A stretch of DNA of 64,000 bases, from assembly GCF_001194135.2 (NCBI RefSeq), contig NC_068983.1:112963147-113027146 (forward strand). The letters are read 5' to 3'. Position 1 is the first letter of the stretch. Every line of letters starts with the position of its first letter. Below are positions 50,980 through 64,000 of the stretch, piece by piece. This DNA comes from Octopus bimaculoides. Its lineage: Eukaryota. The position numbers and the translations under genes are program-made. The notes under the pieces are model-generated. The model was not told the DNA's origin, searched no databases, and was given only the letters and a program-made list of their open reading frames with translations.

Positions 50980-51720
50980 AAGTTTCCCTAACTAATTTGG
51001 ACAACTGTAATATTCAGGCTATCTCCCAGAGAAAAGGATTTTCTTTTACGAGAGACTGACTAAGAGATCCTTACTTGCTTTTAGTCAGTGTCTTCTCCTT
51101 TTTCCGTCTTTCTGTTGATGAATGCTGTGTTCTATCACTTGTATCTAATCTCTTTTTTCTTTCTCTACTGTTATAAGACGATTGAACGAATTTGCTCCTC
51201 TCTTCTTTGGCTAGGCTTATTCTTGGGGATGTGAAAAGTATAACTCTAGTAACTGCAGCAGTAGCGCCAACAAACATTGTTTTCAGCTCAGATATTGCTG
51301 TTACTATCATACTGTCTTTGTTCGCCTGCCGCTACACTCCACTTTTTCACAAACCTGGGTTAAAGACCTTCAATTAGTTCTTATTTATTCCACACATGAG
51401 ACAAAGTATGAAAATTATATCTTCTGTCCTGCACTTGTGTGATGAACCACTTTTCACTGTGTTGGTTGTCTCTGGGTGTTATCAACATTTAAATATCCCA
51501 CCAGATCCCACTCGATCACATGTCACTACTACCGCTCTTACCATATTTTTGTATTGTGCCTCAAAGAGAATAATAAACCAAGGATCCCAGTCAATGCATC
51601 CTTTCATATGACTGTAGTGTCGATGGAGCACTCATCTTGCATATATCACCCAAGGTTTCTCCCAGCATTTTTTTGGAGAGTGTATAGAAGCTCAAAATCA
51701 TAAATATATCACTTTCCTTT
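50980..51720 (-). mobile_element. Highly decayed LINE reverse-transcriptase remnant (RTE-like?)
   Basis: Spacing of YKNMVRAV..TVKSG..IFILCLM..SELKTM..ISLAKE loosely resembles RT domains 3-6; many stops. Confidence 0.35.
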
Positions 51721-52344
51721 GCCTTTTTCTGGCTAAATTACTAAGGTATAGAGGTAGGGGTTTTTGTAACATACTTTCTCCACGCCTTTGACTCTGGTTA
51801 AAGTTGACTAATATGTCATATTCCTTTTCAGTTAGCAAAAGATCATTTCCTTGTAGTGGTGCTTTTATTGTCATTTAAGCAGTCGTTTTTACTGCTTATT
51901 CTTTTGCATTTGTCGAATTGTCGCTGTCTGTGTAATTGCGTCAGCTTTTACTTTTATTTTTCCATTTACCTTTAGTTTTTTCCTATAATGTCTAAGGGTC
52001 TATAAGCAGTTATCTTTGTCGACATCATGTAGTTGTGACTATACTGAATCACTAGTAAATAAAGCAATATGGCTGTTTACAGGAATGATATATATCTAAA
52101 GATGGATTCATTTTATTCCAGAGCAATAGAGTAACAGTCTAGATATCTCGAACCATACTGCTGGTAAAAGAAAGAATACCGTTCCCGACAAGAAAAAAAA
52201 TTAAGTGAAATGGTCATCGAGTAATTCTGGAAGAAATATTTCATGCGGAGCTATACTGAATGCGACTACTTATCATGCACAAGAAAAAAACAGTAGTAGT
52301 AGTAGTAGTAGTAGTCATAATAATAATCATAATTTTTTTCTGTA

Positions 52345-52552
52345 ATAAGCTCAAGGCTGGCAATTTGCGGGCAGGATAAAGTTTATTACCTCGGCCCAAA
52401 TGCGCGATTGGTATCTATTAATAGTTCATCGACCCCGAAATTTTTGAAGGCAAAGTAGACCACAGTGGAATTAGAACTCAGAAAGTAAAGGTGGATGAAA
52501 TGCCAGGAAGCATTTAATCTGGCACGCTTGCGATTCGGTCAACTCACGCCTT
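52345..52552 (-). mobile_element. SINE family B copy
   Basis: atcgaccccgaaa..gaaggcaaagtagacc..gaattagaactcagaa matches the family B reverse strand. Confidence 0.75.
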
Positions 52553-52624
52553 TTCGATAATAACAATAGCGAGAAGAAGAAGAAGAAGAAGAAGAAGAAG
52601 AAGAACTTTTCTGCTATTTTTTAC

Positions 52625-52850
52625 CTAAGTCCCTAAATATCTATACCCACTACCGTAGGGTTCACCCATGGTCTCCCCTGATGGTAACCGCAATCCTCTG
52701 CAGGATGCTTTCTTCCCTCCTTTCATATTAAGTGCTGAGCATTTGGTAATCCCAAATTCCTTACCGATGTCCCTACCACACTCCTGGACTATTCTGGTTA
52801 AGAAATCTATCTGTTTTTCAGATTTCCAATACAATTCAGGTCATCCATTA
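52625..52850 (-). mobile_element. R4/Dong-type (R2-superfamily) non-LTR RT fragment
   Basis: MDDL (frameshift) LYWKSEKQIDFLTRIVQECGRDIGKEFGITKCSALNMKGGK..GLRLPSGE..GYRYLG matches the MDD..DIG.EFG..KC..GK..YKYLG pattern. Confidence 0.7.
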
Positions 52851-53077
52851 TTATTATCATTATTTTATGTCTGACTTTTGTTTTGCATTTGTACAAGTTG
52901 GATCCAAGTCTCACCCAGAGACCTCAAGAGACAACAAGTTAGAAGTTCATGTAGGTGTTATGCCTAGGGTACCATATATTTGGATTTGTACAGTTTTGTT
53001 CTAGTGAATGTTTAAGAAACCATAAGAAAATTATGTGTTTACTTTAAAATTTGAGATCACATAGACAGTGTTGCTGC

Positions 53078-53119
<42 letters not shown>

Positions 53120-53123
53120 GAGG

Positions 53124-53415
53124 GAGCATGGCTTAGTGGTTACAATGTTGCTCTTCCGATCTAGCGATCATGATTTCAGTTCCTAGATAGGATGGTGCGT
53201 TGTGTTCTTGAGCAAAACACTCCATATCACTTTGCTCTGCGATCACTTCGAAACCTGACGCGTGGTATACAGTATACCTGTTCAGACAACGTCGATTTGA
53301 TGGAAAGAGTGAGCTAATGAGCAGCACGAACATTATTTCATTACTATAAACAAATCATTTGTGCTGGTCGTTCGGCAAAAGCTGAACTTCCTACATCGCC
53401 TCTAACGGAGAGTCC
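53124..53415 (+). mobile_element. CORE-like tRNA SINE family C
   Basis: ggcttagtggtta (A box), gtgcgttgtgttcttgagcaaaacac (CORE-like); inverted relative at 60140-60385. Confidence 0.75.
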
Positions 53416-53447
53416 ATCACTATTATTATTAGCCTACTAGTAATATA

Positions 53448-53600
53448 GGTGCAAGGCTAACAGTTTTGTGGTTAGGGGGTTAGTTGGTATTATACACCCC
53501 ACTATTTGGTGATTACAAATAGTTAGATAGATGATAGAGTGATCTTAGCGGGATTTGAATTCAAAATGTAAAGAACCGTAATGTATTTGTAACAAGAAGA
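53448..53600 (-). mobile_element. SINE family B copy (degenerate)
   Basis: gggatttgaattcaaaatgtaaag plus tail motifs. Confidence 0.55.
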
Positions 53601-55394
53601 ATCGTTAGATGGTCGGAAAAAATACCGTAATAGAACGATATTTTTTTCTGACCTGCTAACGCTTCTTCTAGTTTGCTGCTCTGTATGTAATACCAATATT
53701 GCTCGGAATATATTAAAACTCAAGTAGAGCAATTAGTGATTTTATTTCCGTGTTTATGCAAGGAACCTGCTCATATAGACCGCTATTTTATTTCACATTA
53801 ATCATGTTAGATAATTTACTCTGTCAACTGATTCTTATACGATATTTGCCTTTAAAACGTGTTGACTGATTTTTATAGAGAATTTATGGATATCTCATAA
53901 ACTTTTTCACAACAAAATGAGAATCGTATTTTATAAGCCTTGCAGGAGCCTATAGCATAATATGACTTCCACATTCGTAACTTAAAGAATTGATTTATTA
54001 TCTGTGCAAAAGTTTTCTTATAAAATGTATTTCAGGGTTAGCTAGCAGACAACATAAACTAAACAGAAAAAAAAAAGAATTCAGTTCCCACATAGTCTCA
54101 ATCTAATTTTGCAACTAATTCCGTGGCATAGAATCTACTTAGTACGTGATTCAAAGCGTTGATATCGCTGCTTGTCTGTGAAACTTAGCTGTCCACTAAT
54201 GCCGGCAGACGACAAAATAATTTCACAATCTTTTAAGCTAGTCAATCGGACGGTTCAGGACTCCAGCAAGTAGTTGACTTCGCATTTCCCAGAAGAGTAC
54301 TCTCTTTTGTCATTCAACTGATATTTTTCCACGAAACTGGGATTTGCTACTATTTTTCTTTTTTTTTTTTTTTTTTTTTTTTTTCTGTACACTTAGACCA
54401 TATTCCTTTCTGCCAAGATGATGTGTAACTTTTTCAGAGTCGTTAAGGAAAACTTCTATAAAATATTGTGATAACGTTTTAAGTTACGTTGAAGGCTTTC
54501 AAGATCAGGGCTGGTTTGAAGTATAATGCATGGAAATATATGATAGTCCTCATAAAATTTGGGTTCACTGACGAAAGATATCAACCACCGTCAAATAACT
54601 ATGCAATGATATAGAGTTTGACTTTATGAAAACGTGCCCTTGACTGTCTATCGCACTTAAGAGCAAGTCTTAATATTTAATATTTTTGATGCTTGCATTT
54701 AATTGGGTGTCTTATTTGAATGTACTGCATCTCTGGCATTTATATGATGACATTGGTAGGAACGGTAAGAATAGCACCAACTATTAATTTCAACAATGTC
54801 TTATTCATCAAAACTGAAATCCGGTGTTTGTAGAGGTGATTATCCATCGTTCCATTTAGGAAACTCTCTGGAGTATGATATTGTCCTGCTTCTTGTGAAG
54901 AACCAGCTGAAAAATGTGAGAATTTCGAAGATAGACGGAATGCAAATCTTGATTTATCAAAATCATCCCTGCTTCCAAGGAAAGTAACATCATCACCAAT
55001 GGACGTAGGCATATCTGCATTTAAAAAAAAATACCGCTTTGCTACAACATGCATTATGAGTGAATTTGGTCGAGGAAGCTGCGTGGAAGCCCACCGTAAA
55101 CGAAATTGACAGCCCTGCAAGACAGGCTTTGAAAAACTAAAAACCATACAAAGTTCACGTCAGAACAGGTTATGATTAAGATTATCAATATTGATGAGTA
55201 TTCGTATGGAGTGGATTAGAAGAGAATACAATTTAGTCAAGCTGTCAATATTTCAGTCTTTACAAAATGGATACTAAACATAAAAATGTACATATAAACA
55301 TAAACATTTATGTTAACATTTGTGACTGAAAATGTAATATTTAAAAGAAAAGAAAATGTCAACATATTTAATGTAAGAAACGTTAAAGTATTGG

Positions 55395-55770
55395 TTTCAA
55401 ATTTCAGCACAAGGCCAGCAATTTCGGGGGAGTGGATAAGTTGATAATATTGACTCCAGTGTTCAACTGGTACTTATTTTATCGAACGTGACAGAATGAA
55501 ATGCAAAGTCGACCTCAGTGAAATTAGAACTCAGAATGTAGAGACGGACGAAATGCCGCTAGGCATTTTGTCCGGCATGCTAATGATTCTGCCAGCTCAC
55601 TAAAATATTGGCTTCAAATTTTGGCACAAGGCCAGCAAGTTCGGAGGAGGGGATAAGACGATTTATTTTAGCGACCCCAAAATGATGAAGATCAAACTCG
55701 GAATTTGAACTCAGAACGGACGAAATGTCACTAACAGTTTTGTTCGGCGCCCTAACGTTTCAGTCAGTTC
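55395..55770 (-). mobile_element. Two tandem SINE family B copies (55395-55600, 55605-55770)
   Basis: Two successive ttggtttcaaattt..gcacaaggccagc..gaactcagaa..gacgaaatg units. Confidence 0.85.
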
Positions 55771-56731
55771 ATCAAAATATCAACTAGAGAAAATATGAGA
55801 GAGAAAATAGTAATTGGAGACTACTATGATACTAGATTTTGTTAAAGATAGAAGATATCTTCTGGTATATTTCCATCTTATTTTAACTCACTAGCGATGC
55901 AGGAGTCAGGAGGGAATTTCCTAAATGACGCAAGACCAGCTCATTATTACAGAAAAATCTCATCAACACATATTCGTCCATTATAAAAAAGATATCAGAT
56001 ATTTCAAAACATATGCCGTATTAAGACATGCATGCACACAATCACAAGGAGATTGTGGTGGCTAAATGAAAAATTAGTATGCAAGTATTTCTTGGTGTAA
56101 TTGCGTGACAGATGGGAAAAATTTCAAACGAGGATTCGCTAAATATAATTTTGCAAAATTATCACGTGATGACATTTGATAGAAATGTCCATCAATTTAT
56201 GTTAGAAATCAATAGTGACTCATACTGTCTATGTAAAAATATGTAAACTGTGACTGTGGTCAATATGATATGGTATCGAACGAAAACTTTCAGTGGCTAA
56301 CAAAGAAAGCTCCTGAAAAATCATCCTCCAAGCTTTCTGACAATTTTATATAACATCTATGCAAACTTACTTATGTGGCAAATGTCATACAGGAAACTCT
56401 TGGCCTTTGAGTAACTCATTGTAACTTTCAGATGATTAGAAAGTAAAAATGCTGCTCTAAATTATAATAGGCTTTAGGTGTTTTTTTTCCCTAAATTCAT
56501 TCTGCTACAATAATAGCAAAGATAAGCAATGTAATTATTTTAGTACTGACGAAAAATTTGCTAAAAAATTATAATGGAGTATCCTGTATGTTGGAAATCT
56601 ATATGATCGTATGCACCGAGGAGAGCGGTTTATTGTAAAACTGATGTAATTTTTGCATTGATCGATTAAATGGAGCCGCTTGAAACGGCCGCAATGCACT
56701 AGTACCTGGACATTCTTGTTACTTATTTGCT

Positions 56732-56732
<1 letters not shown>

Positions 56733-56790
<58 letters not shown>

Positions 56791-56791
56791 C

Positions 56792-56843
<52 letters not shown>
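56733..56843. repeat. (TATC)n / GATA tetranucleotide microsatellite
   Basis: Directly visible. Confidence 0.95.
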
Positions 56844-57214
56844 TTAGATATATATAAATAGATACATACAGACACACATGTGTGTGTGTGTGTATTAAGT
56901 TCTATATCTCTTGCTTGCTCTTCGAAACCAGTATGTGTTTGTGTATATGTATATATAAAAGAAAATTAGCTAAGAGAAATATCTGAGAGACAAATACAGA
57001 TACCTTAAATACCATACATCGTAAAATCTTGATTTATTAAAATCATCTCTGCTTCCAGAAAAAGTAACATTATCAACAACGGACGTAGGCTATCTTCGAT
57101 AAAAAAGATCTCTTTGCAACGACATACATTATGAGTGGATTTGGTAGAGGAAACTGTGTGGAAGCCTATTGTATTTGTATCACAGTATCACAATATTGAC
57201 CAGACCATCAGATG

Positions 57215-58620
57215 TTATTGTACACCGTTGCTCACAATTCGATTCCAATTCTGTCATAATTGCACGATTCTTTTCCATCTTGACCCAAATCGCTTAACTA
57301 AATCATCTTCCCAATGTCATGGAGACCTTTCAAGGGGCCTTTTTTGATTTCTTGGATACCATCTGGCAACCGCCTGGGTCCATATGTTATCTGTGAGCCT
57401 TATAACATGTCCGGCCCAACAGAACTTCGACTTTTGGTATTCTGCGATTGCATTGTTCACTCCGCTCCGTACTAGCATGGATCTTTCCTTGACCTTTTGT
57501 GTCGCAGTAATCGATGTTCTATCCCCTTCGTAGTAGCCCGCGTCTGACTTGTGTACAGGTGCGCAGTCAGGACAGTGCTTATGAAGGGTCTAGCACGTAT
57601 CGTATTGTCTGTCTTAGTTTTGAGCAGATCCTTTATTGAGGCAAACGCCTTTTTATCCTGCTCTTATTCTCTTCGAAATTTCAATATCCATATTTCGGTG
57701 CATATTCACTCTGTGCCTTAAGTAGATCTACTCATTTACTTCCTTGATTTCATCGGTTCCCATCTCTTTTCAGTCTTGTGCCACATCTTCCGATCGCATG
57801 CAGTGCTGTTCATTTTAAGGACTACCGCTAAGCAATGAGTGTCCAGCTCTGTCAGTTTAGTCTGCAGCTGGTTTGCAGTTTCAGCGATTAGTAAAACGTC
57901 GTCTGCGAATTGGAGGTGTGTTGTTGCTCGCCATAGATGTTCACGAGTCTTGTCTTGTCAATGTCTCTGATGACTATCTATAGACATGCAGTAAAGAGCT
58001 TTGAAAAGATGTTATCTCCTTACTTGACACCCTTCCCAATTGGAGTCTTTACTGGTGGTGAAAGCAGAGTTATACTTGTTGTGCATCTGGAGTTTGCATC
58101 TCTGAGCAGTTTGATGAATTGTAACTCGACACCTTGCATTTCCAGAAAGTTCAAACCTGCATTAATCTCGATGCTATCAAAGGTTTTTTCATGATCAACA
58201 AAAGCGATATACAGAGGAAACCTGTTCTTTCGCTCTTTCTATGACAGTGAATATGTAACATATCATACTGTAGTTGCTATGGAATCCTACTTGCTCTCTC
58301 GTCGAGGTGTTTCGATTGTCAGGTGACTATGGCTTTTATAAACAGCCTTCAGAGATGAAATAAGAGGTATATGGGGGTGATAGTTTTTAAAATCTGCTTT
58401 ATCACCCTTCTTATGAAGCAAGACGGTATTTAACCCTTTCCACAGTTAGAGTATTTTACCCTCCTTCAAATAGCGATTGAAACATTGAACGAAGATCTTC
58501 CACTCTTCTTAACCTCTGCATTTTATCATCTCTGTTGTGAAGTAATCTTTCTCACAAGTTTTGTCTCTTGACGTTATTTTGGGCGCATTTCTAATTTCGT
58601 TGTCCAGAAAGGATGGCACT
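57215..58620 (-). mobile_element. RTE-clade LINE ORF2 fragment (decayed RT and C-terminus)
   Basis: - strand: LLHKKGDKADFKNY..LYIAFVDHEKTFDSIE..GVK*GDNIFSKLF..FADDVLLIAET (57898-57909)..WAGHVIRLTDNIWT..KRP..W.DD. Confidence 0.9.
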
Positions 58621-58689
58621 TACGGTGTGTGTGTGTGTGTGTGTGTGTGTGCATGTACATGGGCGTATTAGTTTTGCCTGTCTTTATGT

Positions 58690-58880
58690 CTGTGTTTATA
58701 TATCACCGCGTAACTACCAATACTGGCTTGTTTACAAGCACTTTGAGCTTAGCAAAATGGATGATAGAATAAGTAACGGTACATGAGTACAGGAGGTCGA
58801 TTTGATAGACCGAAGCCTTCAAAGTGGTTCCCCAGCATGCATGGTGTAGCCTAATGACTGAGAAAAGTAAAAGAATAGAA
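58690..58880 (+). mobile_element. SINE family A, 3' half (degenerate)
   Basis: gatagaataagt..ggtcgattt..ccccagcatg..aatgactgagaaaagtaaaagaatagaa. Confidence 0.6.
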
Positions 58881-58996
58881 AGAATATATATGCACACATG
58901 GCGGTACACACTCACACACATAGGATTGGGTATAGAAACAAAATATATATGTATGTAAAAACACATGTATTAAATACATGTATGTATGTATGAATG

Positions 58997-59027
<31 letters not shown>

Positions 59028-59804
59028 GCATTTAAGTACATCTTCTCCCGGGGAGGTCAAGTCAAAAACTTGTCTGAGTATCGTTTGATATTTCAAATAA
59101 ATATACGATTTTAGCTTATATGGGAAAATATTGTTTCATCTTGAACAAATGTTTTCGCCTTTATGAAAATTGTTGGTTATACCTGAAAATATTTTCGATA
59201 TTTATTTTGTACTTTTATCCTACTTTCTACATTCCATAAATGTTTTATTTTCAACTTTTCGTCATACACACACGCGCGTGTGCACTCATGCAAATGCGCA
59301 CTATATATATATATATNNNNNNNNNNNNNNNNNNNNNNNNNNNNNNNNNNNNNNNNNNNNNNNNNNNNNNNNNNNNNNNNNNNNNNNNNNNNNNNNNNNN
59401 NNNNNNNNNNNNNNNNNNNNNNNNNNNNNNNNNNNNNNNNNATATATACACATATACTGATTTTTTGTTATTTTAAGTTTATACCTGTTTAAGACTACAT
59501 TTTCATTTAATAGTCTTTTATTCCCTGGAAAGTGTTGTTACCATTCCATCATTATTTATTTACGCTACCACTAATGTCTTGAAGTAAAGTTTGAACGCCA
59601 CTCGATATCATCTCCTTCGTTCTCCTCGTTCTCCCTTTCTCTCATTCTTTCTGTTTTACTCTCTTTTCTCTGGTTGTGAATGTGTCCCTTTTTTCAAAAT
59701 TACAAAATTTTTTTCAGTTTTATAAGCAACAATGCAAGATTGCTAAACTAATTATGTTTGAGATGATTTAGGAAATAATTGCTTTTCACTTTCGTACAAA
59801 ACCT

Positions 59805-59995
59805 GTAATTTTGTGGGTAGGGAATTTGTCGATATCATCAACCACTTTACTTTATTGATACCGTATTTTATCGAGTCTGGAAGAATGATGAGGAAAGTTG
59901 ATCTCGGTGGGATTTGAACAGAGAACGTAAAGCGCCAAAAGAAAGGCTACAAAGCATTTTGGCCGATGTTCTAACGATTCGGCCAATTCACTCTA
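59805..59995 (-). mobile_element. SINE family B copy
   Basis: ttttatcgag..aaagttgatctcggtgggatttgaacagagaacgtaaag..aacgattcggcc. Confidence 0.7.
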
Positions 59996-60139
59996 TTTTG
60001 ATTTAAACAATTATGGGAAGAAAAGTAATAACAGAGTAAAGAAAAAGCAAAACACTCAGATAATTTACTCTTGTATTTGGTTAGGCCTAATTACCTTATA
60101 ACCTTAAATTCAACAAATGTTGACTTCAGCTTTATGCCG

Positions 60140-60385
60140 ATGACCTGCACAAATGATTTGTTTATAATGATCAAATGTTCGTGCTGCACATTAGCTAACT
60201 CTCTCAATCAACTCAACGTTGTCTGAACGGGTGCACTGTGTACCGCGCGTCAAGTGTCAAATTTATAGCAGAGCAACGTGAGATGAAATGTTTTGTTCAA
60301 GAACACAACGCAACGCACCACCCGGTCTGGGAACTGAAATCACGATCTAGCGATCGTGAGTACAGCACCCTAACCACTAAGCCTC
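60140..60385 (-). mobile_element. CORE-like tRNA SINE family C copy
   Basis: Reverse complement resembles 53124-53415. Confidence 0.75.
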
Positions 60386-62140
60386 ACATACATATATACA
60401 TACATACGTACGTACATACATACATGCCTACATACACACGTGTATGCATGCATACGTATATACATAAGTACGTACGTATGCACGTATATATGCATTTATG
60501 TGTATGTATATATATATATATATATCGAGAGAGAGAGAGAGAGAGATTTACCAGTTATGTATGTCAAGTGGTTAAGTAAACTATATTCCTTCGATAAAAA
60601 TTCCTGACCAGTTTACCTCGTTTTTAAACAAGGTATTTAAATTATCGACTGTGAAGCAACACTTACTTTGCTATAAATCTGAAATCATGGTTCACTTTCA
60701 ATCTTCATTTGGAATTATTTCCTTTCTTTTGCAACGCTAATGTACTCAAGAGAAAGCATGGACGTTTCACTAAACCCATTTCTGTTTCGGTATAATATAG
60801 AGCTTGGTACTTTCCGAAATGTTAACGATTTCCGAAATTTTGTTCCTTTCAATTTTTTCCACACTTCTGCTTCACTGGATCATTTTCACTTCTTTGTGCC
60901 AAATGGTATTTTCTAAAATCAATATTTTACTTCTAAGCTTTCGGTATTTCCACCATAAGCGAAAGAGATGATAAACATTTAATAAAGACTTTCAATCGGA
61001 CAGTTAAAATGTTTTTCACAAAGAAAGATTATTTTGACATTAATGTTCGTTTAATATCATATTTCTTTTGATATTAACTCATTATACTCTATCGACAGAA
61101 TAATGCAAAATATAAAACTGTAAGCCGTATATTAAATAAATGAACGAAATACTCTACCATCCTGAATATAATACCATAAAGCTGGAATTGTCTCAGAATT
61201 ATCAAGACGAGAGAAAAGTATCAGTCAATAAAAGTTGGTACCAAAAACTTGAAGAAGATAAGGTGTAATAATTCTGGAACCGAGTGGAAGGAATCAACGA
61301 AATCAAAGAAATTTGGTAAACAAAGAATGTCAATAGACTATACAACAGCAAACAAAGTGAGCAATAAGATAAGACTGCTTCGAAAATCACATATCATTGG
61401 AAGGAATCCAGTTGAATTGATAAAAAAGCAACAAGCCGAATGAACACAAAGCTGATATCTGAAAGTAAATCAAGCATGTAATGTAATATAATATACTAAG
61501 GAAACAGAATTATTCTATGACACTATTATGTCCATGGCATTTGTATCGGTGGGCATTTAATAAGTTATGCCAGCAGGTTGTATTACCAATGATGCTTTCT
61601 ATGTAACAACATTTGTCGCATGTTATGTTCTGCAACCCAAAGCATTACATTCATCAATCCAAATCAATAGTAATGGTGTTATAGAGCATTACGATATATG
61701 CCATACAACACAAAAATATTTGAACCATATTCCGTTAACGAGTTCCTAGGAAATTGATATGGCGTTCAATGTATATCCACAAATATCCTAAATTGCAGGA
61801 TCATTCGTCTGAGTCACAAACTTCTCTCGGCATAACTAAAACACTAGCTCATAGACATGTGGTTTCCTCTATTTAATTTTTCTACCACCATTACAAGAGC
61901 ATTTATCTATCCATCTATTTATTTATCCTCAAATGTATATATATATAGTTGAAATTTATAGAAAAACAAAAGACGAAAACAGGCGTATGAACAACAAGCA
62001 AGTGTAATAGTTTGACGCAGGGGAAAAGTGAAAAAGTCTTTTACGTTTCAAGCCTACGCTCTTCCACAGAAAGGAATAAGAGAAAATAGAGAGAGAATGA
62101 AAGAATCTTGTAGATTTCAGCGCTCCAACATGTATATATA

Positions 62141-62505
62141 CAGGGTGCGGTGAATGAAATATCGTTTAAATTACGCAACAATAAAAAAATAACAATGACA
62201 TCTCATTTTAACAGATATATTTACCAAAATTGCATTAAAATATCTTGAAATACTAAAGAGTAAATTTATTCAATAAAATTGCCATTGGCATCAACCACTG
62301 CCTCCAGACGATTTCGGAACCTCTTTCAACTTTTCTGGACGGTATTCTTGTTTAAATTGGTGAAAGCTGCCATAATCTTTGCTTTCAGTTCATCTTTGGT
62401 GTTAGAAGGAGTTTTGTTGGTCTCTCGCTCAACTATACCCCAGACATAATAATCAAAGGAGTTGCAGTCTGGGGCGTTAGGTGACCAGATTTTAGTGGTG
62501 GTGTG
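62141..62505 (-). mobile_element. Second DD37D (maT-type) Tc1/mariner fragment, 3' portion
   Basis: TA|cagggtgcggt TIR; - strand reads IWSPNAPDCNSFDYYVWGIVERETNKTPSNTKDELKAKIMAAFTNLNKNTVQKS, homologous to the 20709-21560 copy. Confidence 0.85.
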
Positions 62506-62550
62506 GTAGTATATATGCATACACATATACACACTCAGACTTATATTTGT

Positions 62551-62586
<36 letters not shown>

Positions 62587-62689
62587 NNNNNNNNNNNNNN
62601 NNNNNNNNNNNNNNNNNNNNNNNNNNNNNNATATAAAAGAATATTTTAAAGAAACGTGTGTACTCATATTAATATATGCACATGTGTAG

Positions 62690-63005
62690 ACGCATAGTTT
62701 AGTGGTTAGGGTATTCAGCACGCAATCGTAAGGATGTGATTTCAATTTCTGGTGACGCGTTGTGCCCTTGAGCAAGACACTTTATTTCCCGTTGCTCCAG
62801 TCCATTCAGCTGGCAAAAAAATGAGTAGTACCTGTATTTCAAAGGTCCAGCCTTGCCACACTCTATGTCACTCTGAATCTCTCCAAGAACAATGTATTGA
62901 GTACACGTGTCTGCGAAGTGCTCAACCACTTACACTTTAATTTCACGAGCAGGCTGTTCCGTTGATTGGATCAACTGGGACCCCCATCAGCGTAACCGAC
63001 GGAGT
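62690..63005 (+). mobile_element. CORE-like tRNA SINE (different tail from family C)
   Basis: gtttagtggttagg (A box), gcgttgtgcccttgagcaagacact (CORE-like). Confidence 0.7.
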
Positions 63006-63024
63006 ATCAGTTATGTGGACAAAA

Positions 63025-63234
63025 TGGTGAGCTGGCAGAATCTTTAGCACGCCGGACGAAGTGCTTAAAGGCATTTCGTTCGTCTTTACGTTCTGAGTTG
63101 AATTTCCGCCGGCATCGGCTTTGCCTTTCCCCTTTCGAGGTCGATAAAATAGGTACCAGCTGAACACTGGGGTCGATTTAATCGACTTAGACCCTATCTC
63201 AAACCTGCTGTCCTTGTACCAAAATTTGAAACTA
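63025..63234 (+). mobile_element. SINE family B, near full length
   Basis: ggtgagctggcagaatctttagcacgccggacgaagtgct..gagttgaatttccgcc..gaggtcgataaaataggtaccag..gtaccaaaatttgaaac. Confidence 0.85.
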
Positions 63235-63786
63235 ATATATGTCTATATGAGTGTGTATATGTGCGTAGCCAATTACTCAAACAAGCATACGCAATCATTC
63301 TATCAAATTTAGTTTATGATATTTATTCAATACTTCTCTCTCAATTCATCTAATGCAAACGTTTATAGTTGCATAGAAATAATGTTATTTACATATGTTT
63401 ATTGTTATTGTAAATCACAGCAAAGGTATAATATACCTAATTTTTGGTGGGTGGGGTTGAGTAGATAAATCTCTCACACCAACCTATTTTATCTATTACA
63501 GAAATATTGCCTGTAATTGCTTTCAAACAACAGAGCGCTCATGGTAATATGTTTTTGCTTTAATTTATATTTAGTTACATATCTTACTTTTTGTACTATC
63601 ACTTTCATTGTACTTCCGATATTCAATAATTAAGAAGGTTAATTAGTCCGCATACCATTGCGGCCATTCAAAGAAGTAAAATAAAACACGTTTGTTTGCA
63701 ATGAGGGTGGTAAATTTATATATGTAAGTGGTGTGTATGTGTGTGCGTATATATATATATGTATATATGTATATATACATACATAC

Positions 63787-63818
<32 letters not shown>

Positions 63819-64000
63819 CCAATGTTGTAGCAAATGCTTATTAATTCTTTAACATGTATCTAATTGGTTTCGTTTATGTTTCCAGTTGTGTGCTTTCTTC
63901 GATTAGCTGTTTCTTGTAGATTTTCAAATAAAAGCTGTTAAGTTGGTTCTTTGATATTATATTATTCCATTAGATCTCTACTGCTGATGTTATTGTATTG

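Noticed and set aside
54740-55147. 135-aa - strand ORF
   Set aside because: Nearly half overlaps the repeated module also found at 57028-57175; no recognisable domain.
1-64000. Genuine tRNA, rRNA or snRNA genes
   Set aside because: All tRNA-like sequences are SINE heads without a complete cloverleaf; no rRNA or snRNA similarity recognised.

Overview
AT-rich, gap-containing eukaryotic genomic window with dense microsatellites. The SINE and transposon families look like those of a coleoid cephalopod, most likely Octopus; this is recalled family knowledge, not a database search. It is mostly intronic/intergenic and full of decayed mobile elements: several tRNA-derived SINE families, Penelope-like retroelements (RT-thumb/linker and GIY-YIG remnants), CR1-, L2/Crack-, RTE- and R4/Dong-like LINE fragments, two DD37D (maT) Tc1/mariner relics and a Helitron carrying a Pif1-like helicase tail. 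No complete gene is visible, only candidate exons of an unidentified + strand gene near the start (587-1146). The main signal is at least seven minimal type I hammerhead-ribozyme motifs from about five sequence families. Where intact, their stem III is self-complementary, the dimer-cleaving type known from Penelope-like elements. One family has a tRNA-like SINE head and a hammerhead tail and is present as a head-to-head inverted dimer (18794-19305). A second unusual structure is an 18-unit higher-order minisatellite in the Helitron whose unit overlaps kB-like, STAT (TTCCAGGAA) and ETS motifs. Nearly all ORFs in the supplied track are artefacts of N gaps, microsatellites or TE remnants.
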